Assembly (NCBI GenBank): GCA_051047955.1
Contig: JBPGPT010000021.1
Location: forward strand, 1 to 64,000
Origin: Cystobasidiomycetes sp. EMM_F5
Taxonomy: Eukaryota
DNA length: 64,000 bases
Reading direction: 5' to 3'
Shown: positions 51,476 through 64,000 of the stretch, one piece after another
Layout: the number at the start of each line of letters is the position of its first letter
Numbering within the stretch: position 1 is the stretch's first letter
Position numbers and translations under genes: made by a program
The notes under the pieces: model-generated
Seen by the model: the letters and a program-made list of their open reading frames with translations, nothing else
Database searches by the model: none
What the model was told of the DNA's origin: nothing

Positions 51476-54400
51476 CTAGTGCTGCGTATATTGTGAGCCA
51501 ACCCGTGTCCAGCTAGAGAGCATGCAATGGCAATCAGAATTTGGCTGAACAATGAAGCTGTAAGAGACACGAAGCTTACAATGTGGCCTCTTTGAGTCGA
51601 ACGACTTCAAACCAGCACTTTTCCTGCCAACCCGCGGCACTAGCTGACACGGCAGCGCCCGCTGCAGAGGCTGCCATCAGGCTGCCTGGTGTCGTTCCAC
51701 TCATGCTTGTCGATAATTTACTGAGCGGTGGACGTGTTGGTAAGCGAGGAGCAGAACCAGTGTTGACGGATTGCTGTGAAGCATTCCTTGGTGGCAAGCG
51801 AGGAGGTGCATTGCCTGTTGCGGATGTAGGCGGTGGAGCCATCGTAGGAGCTGACGTGGCTACCGGAACTGAAGTTGGAGCTGTGGGAGCTGCTGCCGGC
51901 TGATCAGCCGTACTCTGCGCATTAGGCGGTGCTTCGCTTTTCTGCTGCGTTTGTGGGACTGATGAAGAAGCAGAGGCAACGGCAGACACAGTCTCTCCAG
52001 AAGGCATAGTAGGCGTGCCCGGCGCTGATGGGCCAGGGCGATCAGTATTACGTCTTGGCCTGCTTGGTGGAAGCACAAGCTTGAACGGCTGATCGCCAGC
52101 AGGAGTGTGCACGGTATCATTACCTACGAGCGGCTTGTGATGGCCGTCTGGAGTCTGTACCTCGACTGACGGTCTGCGGGAAGGCCCTCTGTCGGAGGCG
52201 GCTACAGATTGGCCTTCCGCAGACTGGCCGTCCATACTGGAAGCAGTACTGGTGGGAGCCGTTGATGATGAATTTGCCGTACCGTCCTCGCTGAAGAGAC
52301 TGCTTGTTGAAGGGTTCTGCGACGTAAATGCAAAGTCCTTCTTCTGAATATCCAGACCCAATCCTGTCACTGGCCCCGCTTCATTGGTGCTTTCAGATGT
52401 CAATCCAAGACCAGCGGTACCACCAGTTGACGTGCTGCCATTTGTCGATGAGCTGGCACCGCCGTTGCCATTGCCGGCTGGCTTCATATTTTCAGCTGGC
52501 GCAACGAGCTGTCGATTCGCATTAAGCATAGGCGTAGCCAGGGGTGTCGCAAATCCTCCACGAGCTGCGGTCGCAGACATTGGAGGCATTTGATTACTCA
52601 GTCTTCGAGTATGCTGCCCATACTCGGAAACCGCAGCGGGAGCCAAAAACTTTGGCGCATCCTCCATCAAAAGTCCTCTCTGGATTGTGCGAATATATGT
52701 AAACAAATCGCATACGGCTCGCAAACGCGGTAAGCAATATGTCGGACATATTGCATACTTGGTATCCGAGTCTTGCGTACGGAAGAGGTATACCTGTGCA
52801 TTTTGTCTGGCGGCGGCGATGAGCGGGAACGAAGTTGTAGATCCGTCACCTGTGGATGGCCGGCCGGACGCTCCAACAGATGCAGAAAGTGCGTTCCTTT
52901 CGCTATCTCTAGGACGCGGACCGCTCAAGACGTTGTTGTTACCTGCACCAGGCCCTGCACTCATGCTGAGACGTTTATTTTGCGTCGAAGTATCATTCGA
53001 GGATGACATGCCAAAGCTGAAGCCTGCCAATTCCTTGGCTGGCGTCAGTGCCTCAAGAGCGCTACTGAGCGCCGACATTGTGAATCCTTGAGCATCCTTG
53101 ATGGGCGTGCTGTTACCGGATCCTGGAATCCAGCCAGTCGCCAACCGCGTAAGCTTTTTCCGGGGATCCTCTTTTGGTGCTGTAGACTGATGAGACGCAA
53201 TAAACCGCTGAAGTGATGATCCGCACAGGCAGCATTGATCCGACGGAAGGGAAATGTAGGCGGGCTCGATGGCCAACTGACCATCAATAATGGCATTTGA
53301 GATTTTCCCACGAGAAAAGAAGCTGAGGCCAGGCGCGTCGTCTAGATGTAGCGTAGCCACCAGATCTTCGTCTTGAGCGCGCTTGAGGAATGGAAAGGAT
53401 GTGTACTGACTCAGAGGTAACGCTTCGGCCAATGCTTCAGCCTGATCCTGTTTGAGAATCATGCTTTGGTACTGTGTCATCTTTGGTGATGTTACTGTAT
53501 GAGCACCATGCCCTGCACTAGACGACTGTCCGTATGCGGATGCGAATGACCCAATTCCCGGCGTCATACCGCCACTCTCGCTGATGGAGTTCATGTACCG
53601 ACGGTCGACGATGTTCTTTCTGATGCGAGCCATGCCCTTTGTAAAGACGACAAATTCGAAATAGGGTTGGACATCCAGTGCTAGATACTGAAGTGGATGT
53701 TTGATAGTCATTGCGGCTTGTTGCAGAGAACGATAACCGCCGCCAGGAGTGCCCGGAACTGCATTATTGTTTGCATCTGGTGGACTCGTAAACTGATTTC
53801 CCGGAGTTGGCTGATATGGTCTTGATATCGCTGCAGCAGACTGGGCCGCAGCAGTTGCAGCAGCCTGAGCCTCCTCAACCTGCTTCTTCAACTCGTCACG
53901 CTCGTGCTCAATCTCCTCGAGCTTGCCTCCCAAGCCACGCATCTGTTCGCTCTGTCCAGACATCATGGACTCTGTGTCTTTGAGGTTCTGCTCGAGCTGA
54001 TTCATCTTTGATTCTGCTCGCAGACGCTGCATGCGTTCCAGGGCTACCATCTGATTGGCTTCCTGGAATAGCTGTGATGAGAGTTCGGCGAGCTCCTTCT
54101 CTATCGTCGCCTTGTCCTTTTCTGCCTTGCCGCGAGACGCTGTTTCCTGTATGACCTGATCCATCATCCGGGACAGTTCCGCTTGTACGTGATCCTGTAC
54201 GATTAGGAGTAGTGTCAGGATATGAGTTGGCACATCAGAACTGTCGCCGCCGCAATCTGACCTTTTCCACCAAGAGACCGCCTTCATACTTGTCTTCCCA
54301 CTCCTTTCGCTGACTTTCTAGCCGCTCGACTTCCTTTTGCAGGTTTGAGCTCATCTCGACTTTGGAGTGTAAATCATCCTCTAGCCCTCCTACGCGGTTG

Positions 54401-54930
54401 TAGCTCTGTACGAGCTTGCCGTTGAGCGACGTCACCTGACCTGCGAGGTCTGCGCATCTCGCCTGCAGCTTGGCAATCGTAGCTTCGAGGGTCTCTGCAG
54501 GGCTGACGCTACCGAGATCCTCTGTGCTCGGTGGGGTCAGGGAAGACGGCAGTGCAGCGTCGAGGCGAGTCGTCGAGGAAGCCGAGGTCGCACTGTCAGC
54601 TATCGGAGGTGGTGCAGCCTTATTCGACGGACTAGTCGACGCAGCGGTCCGGTCAATGGGCGGAGGAGGGGTCAGGTTTCTCGCCATTATCTTTGGAGGC
54701 TCCTCTGATAACGGCGGGGTCGGGGGCACGGACGGGAGGGAGACTGGCGTCGCTGCTCCCGATCCAGCGGGGGAGGTTGTCGACAGGCCACCGTGCGCGT
54801 AGAGCGGTCTGTGGAGCAGCCTCTCGTTGATGGCCTGCAGGCTCGCTACGCCGTGCGGAGTCGCAGCGTCAGTTGCTCCACCGTGATTAGCCGAGGACGG
54901 GGCATCGAGACTGCCGTCCGCAGCGGCCAT
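51476..54930 (-). CDS. SEC2: Rab GEF Sec2 (Rabin8-like)
   Basis: Coiled coil ..AEKDKATIEKELAELSSQLFQEANQMVALER; TLHLDDAPGLSF; CCLCG..ICPTYCLPRLRAVCDLFTYIR; WFEVVRLKEAT|FWTRVG. Confidence 0.9.
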
Positions 54931-55105
54931 GGCGTTGATGGTGTGTGTGTGTTTGTTTGCAGTCTGCAGAGTGTGCGCAGTGGGTAGACTCGTTGCAAGC
55001 CTTGCTTTGGTGTTTCAATAAGCCGTCACTTCGGTTGCGTCAGTGAACGGCTAGTCTTTGCAACGATATCGATAACATTTGATTACAAGACAGTAGTACC
55101 CAGCT

Positions 55106-56246
55106 ATGGCACAGTCTGCTGCTGCTGCTGCAGTCCCCGCCCAGCTGGTGCCGCCAAAGCTCGAGACTGCCTCGCCAGTAAACCTGCACGTCTCGGGGGA
55201 CCGGTGCTACGTGTACGACGTCAAAGGTGGACACTTGGGCAATATCGGTGCTCGGAAATACAAAGTGCACAGCGCTCACGCCGTTTCCCGCAGACGCGCG
55301 CAGACTCCGGATCGACCACCACATCTGCGGAGTCCTCGTCGGCACACTGCCCCAGGTCGCACAGCAGAATGTCTTTCTCGGCCTCCCTCTGCAACTCTCG
55401 GCAGAGGAAGTCGCGTGCCTCCTGGAACATGGTGTGCATACTCCCTCCCTCGCTGCTACTACCCTCCCTCGCTCGAAGCCTGACTTTCATTTTTACACAG
55501 GTCTCGCCGTACTCGTCCCGTCTGGTTCCTCCCACTTTTCCCCGTCAGTCGAGGATGCACAAGCCTGTGCGCAGACGAGAAAAGAACGAGCAGCTCAGTA
55601 CCGTATCGAGTCTGCAAAAGCAGCGGCGGCAAAATCTGATCGTATGCAGAAGGAGAGGTCTCACGAGATTGCAGAGAAGCGTAGTGAAAAGGCAAAACTG
55701 CGACGGATGAAAGCTATAGAGCAAGACTCTGCGGCTCTAGATTCCAGCAACGACGTCCAAATCGTGCCTGTAAGCACGAATGACAGACTGCAAGAAGCTG
55801 CCGACAAGACAGGTTATCCGATAGCCACCTCGTCAACCTCGGAAAATCTACCCTGGTACGAGCCTATGGACTATTACAAGACGCTGGAAGAAGCGGATGC
55901 CTATCACGTCCGTATACAACCGCCGAGCGTCCGATCAGAGCAGTACTCTGCGTCTCTATGGCACGCGAGATGTACAGTCTTTACCGACCTATGGCGAAAA
56001 GGCTACTACCTTGGATCAGGCCTAAAATTTGGCGGTGACTTTCTGGCATACCCTGGTGATCCACTTCGCTTCCATTCCCACTTTACAGTGTCGGTAATGC
56101 GCAACTCGGAGGATGGTGTAAGCCCACTGGACATTGTCGCATGGGGCAGACTGGCGACAGCAGTGAAGAAGAGCCACCTCATTGCGGCGCCGTCGCGGGA
56201 TGGACCAGTCAACTACATTACTCTCGAATGGGCAGGCTTTGGCTAG
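55106..56246 (+). CDS. SEN34: tRNA-splicing endonuclease catalytic subunit Sen34
   Basis: HHICGVLVGTLPQVAQQNVFLGLPLQL; GLKFGGDFLAYPGDPLRFHSHF; GRLATAVKK (Tyr/His/Lys triad); LEWAGFG*. Confidence 0.95.
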
Positions 56247-56641
56247 GACCCTATCGACTTTATAAACACTGTATCGAGGAATAGAGATTGCAAGCACCGC
56301 AATCTCTTGCAGATTCCAACCGCCACGCGGGAACTTTGCATGCTACTGCAGTTAGCGGACATCGAGCTACAACTTCATGCCTAGAGGGCATCGAACCCTG
56401 TGGTGCAATTGCGGACACGAGCCCGCAAATAAGTCGGCAGCGATCGGACAGCCTACGAGCTTGGGTGTATCATATCAGACGAGGATATCACAGAATCATC
56501 AGATCACGATGTAGTGGTGAATGCAACAGGTCGCGCACATTATCGATCCAATATGCGCTGCTACAAACAGCGATACAACTCTTGAGATGTTTCTTTACAC
56601 ATTGTTTTCTTTTTACGTATGAGTTGTGTCCCATTCCTGCC

Positions 56642-58532
56642 TTAGGCCGCTGCAACCTTGAACATTCGGACGCCGTGGGTCGGTACTTGAACGCTGAAAG
56701 ACCCCGTTACGTTTTGGAAGAGTGACGCATTCTGCCAGAGGTCGTACAGGGCGAATCTACCAGCTGCATATGATGCATTGTAGTCTACGAGGAAATCACT
56801 CATCAAGACTGTCACTGTCTGATTCTGTGGTGAGGCATTCAGGACGGCCATGGCATAAGTGCTGCAATGATGGTCTCAGCTGGAATGATAGGTCATACGA
56901 GGAAGGTGCTATGCTTGGTACTGACTTGTTGGAGAGGTCACCCTTCCATAGCTGAATGGAGCCCGACGAGGTCGCGTTTTGTTTCCAAATTCGATATCCT
57001 GAGCTGCCCATTGGATCCTGATTTACCGCAATGATATCGCGATTCGTAATGATAGCTCGTGTCGCATCGGATCTGTCGTGGCCAAAACGTTGACAAGTTT
57101 GCACGTTTGCATAGCAAGAGAATGTGGCCTACATATTCGTCACGTCCGTACCGAGTAAGAAGGGCGACTTCATCAACGCCCATAAGCTGAATTGGACTCT
57201 GTACTCGTCGTCGGTCATTCCGCCGTTACCAACTTCCAAGCCATCGAGATCGGGCCAGGAGCCAACGCGACCTTTCTGTCCAATACCAGCTGCTTTTTCG
57301 AGCTGGAATTGCAATGTCATGGTGTCAGTGTACTTGCAGCCTCATTGGATCCATCGAAATACAGACAATATTCATGATGGAACAATGGTAGCCTGCTAAT
57401 TGACAGTACTGAGCCGAGTCCTGCATCGTCGCTTGACTTGAGCACTTGCACGGTATGCAATTTCCTGAGTGATGCTAGACTCACAGTGCAAGGGCAGCGG
57501 GGATCGGGACGATCAAAGCGGTCGTAGACATCTCCGCTCATTCTCCAGCTGTTTGCCAGCGTTGTCGCCCAATTCCAAGTACCGTCTTCGCCTGGTGACG
57601 CATTGGTCAGATTGATCCACAAGTACAGCTCAATTTCTTTACCCCATTGACACAAGGAGTAGAAAATGGGGCGATTTGTAGCATTGAGTGCGTCGCCCAT
57701 TACCTTGTATCTAGTGTACGATAGAAGCGGTGTACCAGACTGTCCTTCGTTCTACGCAGTGCGAGATCAGCATGTGACTTAAGCATAGATCGAGCCTGCG
57801 CCAGCATACGAAACAGTTATCGTATTTGAGGTAATCTTCATTTCGCCTTCAGATCAGAGGGGTTCAATTGTGAAACGGCTGACATACTGACCGAAGCCCC
57901 AATTCGCATACTGCGCAAAGTGACAGGCTAAGGAAGCTAGATTCCAAGATCTAAAATGCACCGATTCGCTCACTGTCTGCGCATCTATGGTTTCGTAGCC
58001 AAGACTGCCGAATCTGCCAGCGCATGTATACTTGCCTATAGTCGAGATAGTCAGGTATTACGACTTGCAGTTCTTGGCAAACCGCAATCACCAGCCGAGC
58101 TGTAAATTCCGACCTTGAAGCCAAGGTTGTGTAAGGTCGCCGTGAGGTTATTGAAGCCGCTCGGGAACCGTTGCGCATTGGCGACCGGCGCGTTAGTCCC
58201 GTTGGCTCTAGCATCCGCTTGCCAGCAGTCATCAATGGATATATAGTTGTACCTGCGTTTTCGCGTCAACGTGCCATGCGATGGGAGTGTTTCAATATCC
58301 CAGAGGGTAACTACCCCAAAGCTTGCAAACCTTGATTCTTGATCGCCTGAGCGGATCGTATCACCAGTGTTTCACTGACGTCGCAACCATATCGATTCCA
58401 AGTATTCCAGCCCATCTGAGGCGTGAGACCTAAACCGTTATCGACAGCCGTTGCGAGGCTGATGTAGGCCAGTAGTATGAGGGCTGCTGTAAAAACTCGA
58501 CCATAGTATCGAGCCGAACTATGCAAAGCCAT
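56642..58532 (-). CDS. Secreted GH27 alpha-galactosidase (melibiase), many exons
   Basis: Signal peptide, then [37 protein letters not shown] (nucleophile Asp), SWRMSGD (acid/base Asp), [24 protein letters not shown]. Confidence 0.95.
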
Positions 58533-59287
58533 TGTATTGACAAGAAGACAGAGTGGCAGCGAGGCTAGAACAGCTGTTTGGCTGTTTTGGTCGGAAGCAA
58601 TGTATTCAGCTTTTTTGAAATTGTCAAGAAGGAGAGGAGACCAAGGCAGGAAGCAACGATTGCTGCGAGATCTCGTAGAAGCGGTCTTTGTCGTTCTATT
58701 TATACAAAGCGCTAATACGCCTGCTGAATTAGCGCACTCATGAGGCCCCACGGGTATCGATGACATCGCTGTCCGCGTGCCTGAAAGCGGAAGCCGAATG
58801 TAAATATCATCAGCTGGCTGTTGTTGCGCAGGCTGTCGGGGAAGCGGTACAGTATGATTGTCTGACATTCATGATATGGTCGGAATCGAAGACCGTCAAC
58901 GAATTTCCGATGGCAGATGGTTCAGCTTGGCGCATCGAGCATGCCTCCGCAGCTCAAGATCAGCAACACCTCATGACGGACTGCTAAGCGGTTGAGCTTC
59001 AGCGATACACCATTCCGACAAACGCACAGCCGCTCGAGCTGGGCCTGCAGGATAGGAGATCGCATTATTTTGCGCGGAACGGCGGTAGTAGCAGTGACCT
59101 CGAAGACGAGGAGACATTTCCTGGCTGGCACCGGGAGTCCAGCGAGAATATCAGGTTACTGCCTGTCCACCGGTACTCTCGTCCACATCCTACGGACCCA
59201 CAGCTTCAGCGTTATCCGTCGGATTGGTACGCGCATCCGCTGTCGGATCTATCTACCCCGCAGGTCCTCTGGCTCTTACGCGACAAT

Positions 59288-60566
59288 ATGCTCTTCGTTC
59301 CGAACTACCTCTTTCCACCAAAGAATCGCAAGCCCATCTCTCTCGAGCGACGGAGACGTCTAGTCTTCAGCTATGCGCCGGATTGGATCATTACCGTTGG
59401 CCTGGTCATCGCGCTCTATTTCGTAGACAGGATACACGGCAATTGGAGAGAGTTTAGTCTCACCGACACATCAATCCAGCATACATTTGCAACGCGCGAA
59501 AGAGTGCCTGTTTGGGCACTCGCCTTGATTGTCATCAGCCCGCTTGCTTTCTACGCACTGATTGGACTTGGCATAATGCGATCGTTCTGGGTAAGCATGT
59601 CGTGTCAAGCAAGCGAGGGCACCACGGCTAATGAGATTCATGACTGTATACAGGACTTTCACGCTGCATTCCTTGGCAACGTACTAAGTGTCGGCCTTAC
59701 CACAGTCATTACAACTATCATCAAAGTCATGGTTGGAAGACCTAGGCCAGGCAGGTTACCATTAACAGTACAGTATGCTATAGACTAATATCTCTCCATA
59801 AGATCTTATCGACCGGTGTCAGCCTAGTAGTGGTGCAGTCAACGCTATTCCGTTTGGGCTAGCAACGTCGGCGATTTGCACAACCACTGATTTCGGCAGG
59901 ATACAGGAAGGCTTTCGTTCATTTCCATCAGGACATGCAAGCAGTATGTGACCTGACCGTCATTGTGGCCCTGTCGATATTCAGACTTTCTAAGCCTGTC
60001 TTAACCTCTTTTTTTCAGCTGCGTGGTCTGGTTTGGGCTTCTTTGGGTTATACCTTGCTGGCAAGCTGCACCTTTTTGATCAACGTGGACACACCGTGAA
60101 GGCATGGATTGCGGTCATACCGTTCTTTGGTGCAGCATTGATCGCCATTTCTCGAGTAATGGACTACCGGCATCATGCAACCGAGTAAGCTATCTTGGTC
60201 ATTTCCCCCGGGCGTTGTTCTCACGGAGATCCCGCTGCACACAGTATCATTGCAGGTTCTCTTCTTGGGATGATCATTGCCCATTTCAGCTACCGCCTAT
60301 ACTATCCATCGCTCACGGACCCGCTCGCACATCGTCCATACTCGCCGCGCATAGCGGAAAGCGACATAGAATCGGACATGGCGGCGAACGGGACGAATCA
60401 AGGCATTGACACGTCAGAAGATGACCACTTGTACAACAATGACAGAGAGGGTCCAGAAGGGTCGGTTAGGCGTCCGGGCGGTAACGGTCAAGATGCGACG
60501 AGCGCGCTCAAAATGCACATTTCTCCCACTAGCTATAACAATCTTGAAGCTGGGAGATATCATTAG
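59288..60566 (+). CDS. PAP2 lipid phosphate / diacylglycerol pyrophosphate phosphatase (DPP1/LPP1-like)
   Basis: All three PAP2 motifs: KVMVGRPRP|DLIDRC, RSFPSGH, SRVMDYRHHATD. Intron 59751-59802 is GC-AG. Confidence 0.93.
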
Positions 60567-60669
60567 TCTACGGAGGCTCTTTGATGTTAAGGGAATCAAT
60601 TTACAATGTACAGACAAGCATTTACTCTTTGATCAGCATACAAGCTTAGCGCAAAACGCCGTCTTCTTG

Positions 60670-60694
60670 GTGTGTGTGTGTGTGTGTGTGTGTG
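60670..60694. repeat. (GT)12 microsatellite
   Basis: Uninterrupted GT run followed by a CG-rich tract, about 105 bp upstream of the thioesterase ATG. Confidence 0.95.
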
Positions 60695-60798
60695 CGCGGG
60701 CGCGTTTCGACTCTTACTTGAACCGGGCTTCATATGGGATCATTTGCTGCTGCTTCACTGCCGTTTTGGCAGCACACAGACTGAAAACTGTTGCCAGC

Positions 60799-61629
60799 AT
60801 GACACAATGTACCCGCTTTGTGAAGTTCATCTGGCAAGACTTCATCAAATATGGCGTGCGTTAGAAGCGACTTCTCCGCATTCTTAAAGGCTGCTGTTTG
60901 CTGAAGCACAGCAAATCGAAGGGGCACGATGCCGTATCGAAAGCTTCAGTAAAGCACTTCGTAGCACTGACACTGACATGAAAGGCTGACTGACTATCAA
61001 CAAGTAGCTGAAGATTGTCCGCGCAACGCCAGGATACGTTGAGGGAACGTGTGAGTCTGCTCTGCCGACGCGCAGGCAATGATGACCTGACGTGAACGCT
61101 CTGCTGACGGCGGCCTACCCGAACAGTCACAATCCAGAAGGAACAGACGAATCGTCTTGGCTCTCTGCATGGCGGGATTATATGCTCCTTGGTCGACACG
61201 GTCGGAAGTCTCGCGCTGACCAGCAAAGGGCTTTTTCAAAGTAAGGTCTTCTCCGGTACAATATACAACAAAACATAAGTGTCCTCACTCGTCAAACGAC
61301 AGCTGGGGTCTCAACCGACATACACACCAGCTTTATCCGTTCTGGCGGTGTCGAGGGCGATCAAGTCAAGGTCGAAGGCAGGGTGCGCGCTCTCATAATC
61401 CGCTTTCGCCATGACAGGACTTACAGCATGTAAATCGTTCCAGGTTCTCAACATGGGTAAAACGCTAGCCTACACAGAAACCAAAATTATACACCCGGCG
61501 TCAGGAAAACTGCTTGCAACGGGACTTCATACTAAATTTATCGGTAAATCGCACGGTCATAAGAAGAGCGTGGTATTTGACGAGTCCGGAGATAATATCA
61601 TCGAAGGGAGCTTGGACGAGTCGGCGTGA
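60799..61629 (+). CDS. Hotdog-fold acyl-CoA thioesterase (ACOT13/THEM2, PaaI-like)
   Basis: Spliced TNRLGSLHGGIICSLVDTVGSLAL..TGVSTDIHTSFI..GKTLAYTE..LATGLHTKF. Confidence 0.9.
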
Positions 61630-61844
61630 GACCAACATACAACTAGCCCGACTCCTGAGCAGTATACCGAATCTCCGCAACCGTGATCAGCGAGATTTTG
61701 ATGCTCGTTCGATACTGCAGCAAACCACAGTCGAGCTGTGAAGCAAAGACGCAGACACAATTCATGCTCAAGATACCGCAGAGATATTTTGCGCTCGTCT
61801 CGTAAATAGTGTGAAACAACAGGTTATGCAATGTAACGAAGAAT

Positions 61845-63567
61845 CTAGCGCCGTCCGCGGTCGCGATGTGAGTCGTTCGCTCGGTTTCGATTGCCATCTC
61901 GTTCTCCCCTGCCTACATCACGTTCTGCTTTGGCCATTGCGTTACCAAGAGGCCCGCTCTGCCGTTTCAGGCGTGCTTCTTGTCGCTTAGCCTCCTCAAG
62001 TGTCATATTCTGTGACCGTGGATCGATGACTTCATACTCGTCAATTTTATGCTGATCCAATGTGGCGTCTTTTCGGAATTTCAAGGTATGTCCCATCCAT
62101 CCGGTGTCATCATCGTCATCGCCTTCCAGAATCTCGCCTGCATACCCGTCTATGGGCTCCTCAGATTGTGCCTCTGTCTCATCGACTTCTGGTTGTGCAG
62201 ACGCGGCCGCCGTTCGAAGTTTGCTTCTAAAGCCATTCAGTGCATCAAGGAGGTCGTCGTCCTCGACTTTCCGCTTCTTGCCCTTAGAACTGCCAGCGCT
62301 GCCTTTTCCGACCGATCTACCACCCGTTGCATACTTTGCCCTTTCGGCCGCAAGTAAGGCTGCACCGTCATGTTTTGACTGCTTTTTCCCGTTTCCATTG
62401 GTACTGGACCCTTCGCTCTGGTTCGCAGAACCCCGTCGTGTAAGGCTCTTTAGATCTGCCTGAACTTTGGCAATCTCCGCCTTGACGCGGTCGGCCTCAG
62501 AAAGGGTACCATTATCTGCTTTCGTCGATTTCTTGCCTTTACCGTGTTTCTCGCTATACTCTGCATCGTTAGCAGCTACTTCCTCGACGCGAGTTGAGTA
62601 GGCTTCTGCACCGAAGAGGTCACTTGCTTTCACGCGGCTCGGGCGTTGTTCCTGCATTTCTTCAGCTTTGCGTTTCGGCACAGACTTGGCCCTTTGCAAA
62701 TTCTCGCCGAATCCTTCTGGCATACGCAAAGGTAGTCCACCATGATCCTTTGATTCCGCTCTTAAAGTCGGATCGTCTGCCAAGGCATCGTGTGCGCTCG
62801 TCAACTTGCTGGTCCCTGCAGTGGGCGGAGCTGCGGCTTCTTCGTCATCGCCAAAGGAAACCAGGCTCTTATTCTTCACGCCTTCCTTCTTCTTACCGCG
62901 CGATGCAGCAGCTTTGCGGGCTTCCTTACGGGCCTTGACTTGCTCTCGTTTCTCAGCTGCTGTGATGCGCGGCACGATATCCGGAAAAGGGTTGTCATCG
63001 ACTTCTATAGTCTTGATACTAGGTGGATAGACTGGGCGCTCGGAATCAGGTTGCAGTTCGCTTTCGCTGATCTTGACGACGTTGAAATAGGTGTCGCCCT
63101 TGACGGTGCCAAAAATTGTATGCTTGCCATTGAGAGCCTCGGCTTTGTCGAGAGTTATGAAGAATCTGCACTCGAAGCGTCAAGCGTCAATTACAGCATG
63201 CTTGGTTGACTGCACTATCAACATACTGCGACAAATTTGTGTTTCGTTTGCCGGCGTTTGCGCACGCGACTATCCCCCGACGATTGAAGCGCAGTCTCTG
63301 AGAGATTTCGTCTGGAAAGTGGTCGCCGTCGTATATACTATCACCACCCTCGCCGCTGTTGCTGGCATCGCCAGTCTGCACGCAGAAGCCCGGCACGACT
63401 CTGTGGAATTGACAGCCGTCATAGTAGCCTTCGAGTGCCAGCTGCACAAAGTTGCGGACCGCTTGCTTCGCTTCACGCGGCCATAGTTCGATTACGACAT
63501 CTCCGGCAGTGGTCTTGATAGTCACCCTGCCTTGAGTGACGGGCTCGACCGTGATGGGTTGTGCCAT
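61845..63567 (-). CDS. CWC27: Spliceosomal cyclophilin Cwc27
   Basis: EPVTQGRVTIKTTAGDVVIELWPREA..RNFVQLALEGYYD..FHRVVPGF..RLRFNRRG; NGKHTIFGTVKGDTYFN; PFPDIVPR; WMGHTLKF..YEVIDPR. Confidence 0.95.
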
Positions 63568-63811
63568 GAGTCGAACGGGTCTCAAGATACAGAAGCGAGA
63601 GATGGTGCACCCGACACGAAAGCGGTGAGAGTATGAGCACTTGCAAATGTAGCAACAACAGCAATAGATACCTAGCCTTTACCCTCCGATACAGGTTTCA
63701 CATTGATAAGCTCGAAGCTGGGAATTTCCTGAAATACTGCCAACGTCCCTTCCTGCATGACCCGAGCTGTTTACGGAGCTCTTCGATTGGCACATTCAAT
63801 TGCTGACGATA

Positions 63812-64000
63812 TCACGCCGTTGTAATGTTAGCCCATCTCTTGAGACGGAAGTCCGCCTCCCTTTTGGAGAATAAAGCAGTCAATGGGTCGTTGGAACAGC
63901 AAGCCTTGAAGCAACCCACCTGCGCTTCAAGTGCCTCTTTAGTCTGTCACACAGTTCCTCTATGTTTCCGTCGAGGCGCAACGAAGGTAGCTTGATCTTG
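63812..64000 (-). CDS. 3' end of an upstream gene, possible SAP-like helix pair, truncated by the window edge
   Basis: KIKLPSLRLDGNIEELCDRLKRHLKR|READFRLKRWANITTA* via a GTGGGT..AAAG intron. The LxLxGxxxELxxRL pattern resembles a SAP motif. Confidence 0.4.

Noticed and set aside
56288..56725. 145-aa plus-strand ORF between SEN34 and GH27
   Set aside because: Non-ATG start, no motif, and it spans convergent 3' UTRs and overlaps the GH27 end.
1..64000. tRNA/rRNA genes, transposons, CRISPR arrays, prokaryote-type systems or a variant genetic code
   Set aside because: I saw no cloverleaf/T-loop context, transposase or RT motifs, terminal repeats or repeat-spacer arrays by eye. In the genes I spliced, in-frame stops fall within introns under the standard code. 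tRNAscan-SE, Infernal and RepeatModeler would be needed to exclude small elements.

Overview
This is eukaryotic, gene-dense, intron-rich fungal DNA. Introns are mostly about 50-100 nt with GT..CTRAY..YAG signals, and there are a few GC-AG introns and micro-exons. The gene content and style suggest a basidiomycete, plausibly a Pucciniomycotina yeast; that assignment is inference. I assembled about 30 protein-coding genes by hand-splicing. From the left: a Zn2Cys6 TF, a dienelactone hydrolase and a Dal5/ACS-type MFS permease forming a compact candidate catabolic cluster; a secreted AA11 LPMO with two tandem Cys-rich CBM-like modules; then mostly housekeeping genes (Bub2, Sec7-PH Arf-GEF, OST3/6, CBP20, SRPBCC, SNRNP27, RPL11, Trm140, RA-PH adaptor, shikimate/quinate DH, Sec1, GPATCH1, Pat1, NFX1, macrodomain, UXS1, EI24, Sec2, Sen34, GH27, PAP2, ACOT13, Cwc27). 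Two genes invisible in the ORF track appear on splicing: a 213-aa orphan with a C-x4-C-x10-C-x2-C motif formed across its intron (20375-21085, minus), and a small 6-Cys, probably secreted protein between PAT1 and NFX1 (41023 to at least 41544, minus). I saw no tRNA, rRNA, transposon or CRISPR signal. Gene boundaries are manual predictions, and family calls come from recognised motifs, not database searches.
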